This document shows positions 26,097 to 27,772 of a stretch of DNA of 27,772 nucleotides, one piece after another (positions within the stretch are counted from its first letter, which is position 1; every line of letters begins with the position of its first letter). The position numbers and the translations under genes are program-made. The stretch covers positions 1 through 27,772 of the forward strand of contig JBPCWF010000778.1 in the NCBI GenBank assembly GCA_051009775.1, read 5' to 3'. This stretch comes from Hyphomicrobiales bacterium. GTDB lineage: Bacteria; Pseudomonadota; Alphaproteobacteria; Rhizobiales; JAJFHB01. The notes beneath the pieces were generated by a model. It saw only the letters and a program-made list of their open reading frames with translations, ran no database searches and was not told the DNA's origin.

Positions 26097-26546
26097 CTGA
26101 CCGAAATCCTGTTCTATCATCTCGAGCGCCAGCCGCTCGAACGCGTGCTTCCGACCTTGCTCGAGAAAAGCCTTGAGCGTGGCTGGCGGGCGGTGGTCCA
26201 GGCCGGCACCGCGGAACGCGCCGACGCGCTCGACGCGATACTGTGGACCTATCGCGAGGACAGCTTTCTGCCGCACGGCACCGCCGCCGACGGCAATACC
26301 GACATGCAGCCGGTGTTCCTGACCGACGGCGAGGAGAACCCGAACGGCGCGCAGATCAGGTTCTTCGTCGACGGCGCGACCTCCAGCGAAGTGGCGCCCT
26401 ACGAGCGCGCGGTCTATCTGTTCGACGGTCATGACGAAGAGGCGGTGGCCGGCGCGCGCAAGATCTGGACAACGCTCAGGGACGCCGGCCATGAGGTGAC
26501 CTACTGGCAGCAGAGCGAGCATGGCAAATGGGAGAAGAAGGCATGA
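26097..26546 (+). CDS. holC: DNA polymerase III subunit chi, apparent CTG start
   Basis: (L)TEILFYHLERQPLERVLPTLLEKSLERGWRAVVQ, LWTYREDSFLPHG, W.YWQQ...GKWEKK. GAGG lies 8 nt upstream of CTG, and the next in-frame upstream codons are GCC and the pepA TGA. Confidence 0.92.
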   Translation: MTEILFYHLERQPLERVLPTLLEKSLERGWRAVVQAGTAERADALDAILWTYREDSFLPHGTAADGNTDMQPVFLTDGEENPNGAQIRFFVDGATSSEVAPYERAVYLFDGHDEEAVAGARKIWTTLRDAGHEVTYWQQSEHGKWEKKA

Positions 26547-26725
26547 GCGACAGGCTCCGCTACAGACTGCTCACCGGCCCCGACGACGCGACCTTCTGCG
26601 AACGGGTTTCGGCCGCCCTTGACGACGGTTATGAACTCTACGGTTCGCCCGCGATAAGCTTCGACGGCACCCGAGCGGTCGTCGCCCAGGCGTTGATCCT
26701 GCCAAAAGCGGACGGCGGCGACTGA
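26543..26725 (+). CDS. DUF1737-family small protein
   Basis: YRLLTGPDDATFCERVSAALDDGYELYGSP pattern; ATGA overlap with the holC stop. Confidence 0.75.
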   Translation: MSDRLRYRLLTGPDDATFCERVSAALDDGYELYGSPAISFDGTRAVVAQALILPKADGGD

Positions 26726-26768
26726 CGCATCCGGCGCTTGGCGCCTTACTCATTCCGGCAAGAGACCC

Positions 26769-27374
26769 ATGACCTGGATAAGAACCATTCCGTTCGATGA
26801 AGCCAAGGGGCGCCTGCGGACGCTGTACGACCGCATCAGAGCGCCCGGCGGCCAGATCGACAACATCATGGCGGCGCACAGTCTTCGCCCGCACAGCATG
26901 GAAGGGCATATGGCGCTCTACAAGAACGTGCTGCATCACAACGCCAACACCCTGCCCAAATGGTTCCTCGAAGCGGTCGGACTTTATGTCAGCCTGCTCA
27001 ACGCCTGCGACTATTGTGCCGAGCACCATTTCGCCGGCATGGCCCGCCATCTGGAGGACGACGGCAGGGCACGGGCGATCCGTGCCGCGCTCGAAGCCGG
27101 CACGCCGGACGACGCCTTCACCGGCGCGGAGCTCGAAGCGCTGCGTTACGCCCGCGCCCTCACCGTCGCGCCCGCCTCGCTCGGCGAAGCTGAGGCCGAC
27201 GCGCTGCGCGGCGCCGGCTACGCGGACGGCGAAATCCTGGAGCTCAATCAGGTGACCGCCTATTTCGCCTATGCCAACCGAACCGTGCTCGGCCTCGGCG
27301 TGACCACGCAGGGGGAGACGCTCGGCCTGTCGCCGGGCGACAGCGAGGATCCGGACAACTGGACCCACGACTGA
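26769..27374 (+). CDS. AhpD/carboxymuconolactone decarboxylase-family (peroxidase-related) protein
   Basis: HSLRPHSMEGH, VSLLNACDYCAEHH (CxxC-xx-H), EILELNQVTAYFAYANR. Confidence 0.8.
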   Translation: MTWIRTIPFDEAKGRLRTLYDRIRAPGGQIDNIMAAHSLRPHSMEGHMALYKNVLHHNANTLPKWFLEAVGLYVSLLNACDYCAEHHFAGMARHLEDDGRARAIRAALEAGTPDDAFTGAELEALRYARALTVAPASLGEAEADALRGAGYADGEILELNQVTAYFAYANRTVLGLGVTTQGETLGLSPGDSEDPDNWTHD

Positions 27375-27412
27375 GTGCACCGGATCGGACTCTAAGAAAT
27401 TTTATTACGTAA

Positions 27413-27425
27413 AATCAATGGTTTA
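27413..27425 (+). promoter_or_regulatory. IHF-binding consensus with upstream A/T tract
   Basis: AATCAATGGTTTA matches WATCAANNNNTTR exactly and is preceded by AAGAAATTTTATT in an otherwise GC-rich window. Confidence 0.5.
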
Positions 27426-27466
27426 ACTCATGTTCGTGCTTGGCACAGGCATCTCATCGCGATGCT

Positions 27467-27772
27467 CTAGTCGGTCAGCAGGTACCCTGTGCGTGACGCC
27501 ATCGGCTCGGTGCCCTGGATCTTGGCAATGACGGTGCCGGGGCGGACGATTTTGGTCAGGCAGCGGGTGAACAGGCGCCCGGATGTGTTCGCATGGACCG
27601 GCGTTCGGCAGGTCTGAGCGTCGTTGGACGAGACGTCCACGACCTCCGCGATCAGATCGCCTGCCGAGACCTCGGCGACAAGCTCCTGTTTGAACGCGAC
27701 GATCCCCGCTGCCGGGCTAGCGACGATGTCGGTGGCTTCGAACGGAGCGGCAACGCAGCTCAAGTTGGGTGG
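27467..27772 (-). CDS. Succinylglutamate desuccinylase/aspartoacylase (M14-like) family protein, 3' end only
   Basis: C-terminal pattern SPAAGIVAF...AGDLIAEVVD...RTPVHA.TSGRLF...G..IAKI.G.EP...RTGYLLTD*. Frame is open to the window end; catalytic region not visible. Confidence 0.6.
   Translation of the reverse strand, partial: PPNLSCVAAPFEATDIVASPAAGIVAFKQELVAEVSAGDLIAEVVDVSSNDAQTCRTPVHANTSGRLFTRCLTKIVRPGTVIAKIQGTEPMASRTGYLLTD

Noticed and set aside
5-27380. Numerous long overlapping ORFs in the track (e.g. 187..762 +, 1883..3733 +, 5660..7174 +, 9983..12301 -, 24618..26522 -, 22729..23913 -)
   Set aside because: They lie antisense or out of frame to well-supported genes, have Arg/Gly/Ala/Pro-rich shadow composition typical of high-GC DNA, and show no family motifs.

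Overview
High-GC alphaproteobacterial core-genome window. Gene content and order match the conserved Hyphomicrobiales (Rhizobiales)-type block. Minus strand from the left: purF (partial), cvpA, radA, mlaF, mlaE, alr, dnaB, rplI, DUF2232, rpsR, rpsF. Divergent plus strand: fabD, fabG, acpP, fabF, mltG, yicC, gmk. Convergent minus strand: Zn-alcohol dehydrogenase, rsmA, pdxA, surA, lptD. Divergent plus strand: pepA, holC, DUF1737, AhpD/CMD-family gene. A partial AstE/AspA-family gene ends the window on the minus strand. I found no tRNA, rRNA, CRISPR array, transposase, integrase, phage or defence genes, and no evidence of a new multi-gene system. The interesting signals are anomalies inside housekeeping DNA. 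(1) dnaB carries a single in-frame TAG at codon 54. (2) An unannotated 42-codon relic of a cyclopropane fatty acid synthase lies between rplI and dnaB. (3) lptF-lptG are missing from their usual position between pepA and lptD. (4) holC can only be full length if it starts at CTG. (5) A synonymous AT-rich patch in the fabF 3' end resembles an embedded promoter. (6) The rpsF leader can form switch-like alternative structures. (7) An orphan IHF site with a sigma54-like half promoter sits between convergent genes. The two single-base anomalies (dnaB, holC) could be sequencing or consensus errors and must be checked against reads. All family assignments come from motif recognition by eye, not database searches.
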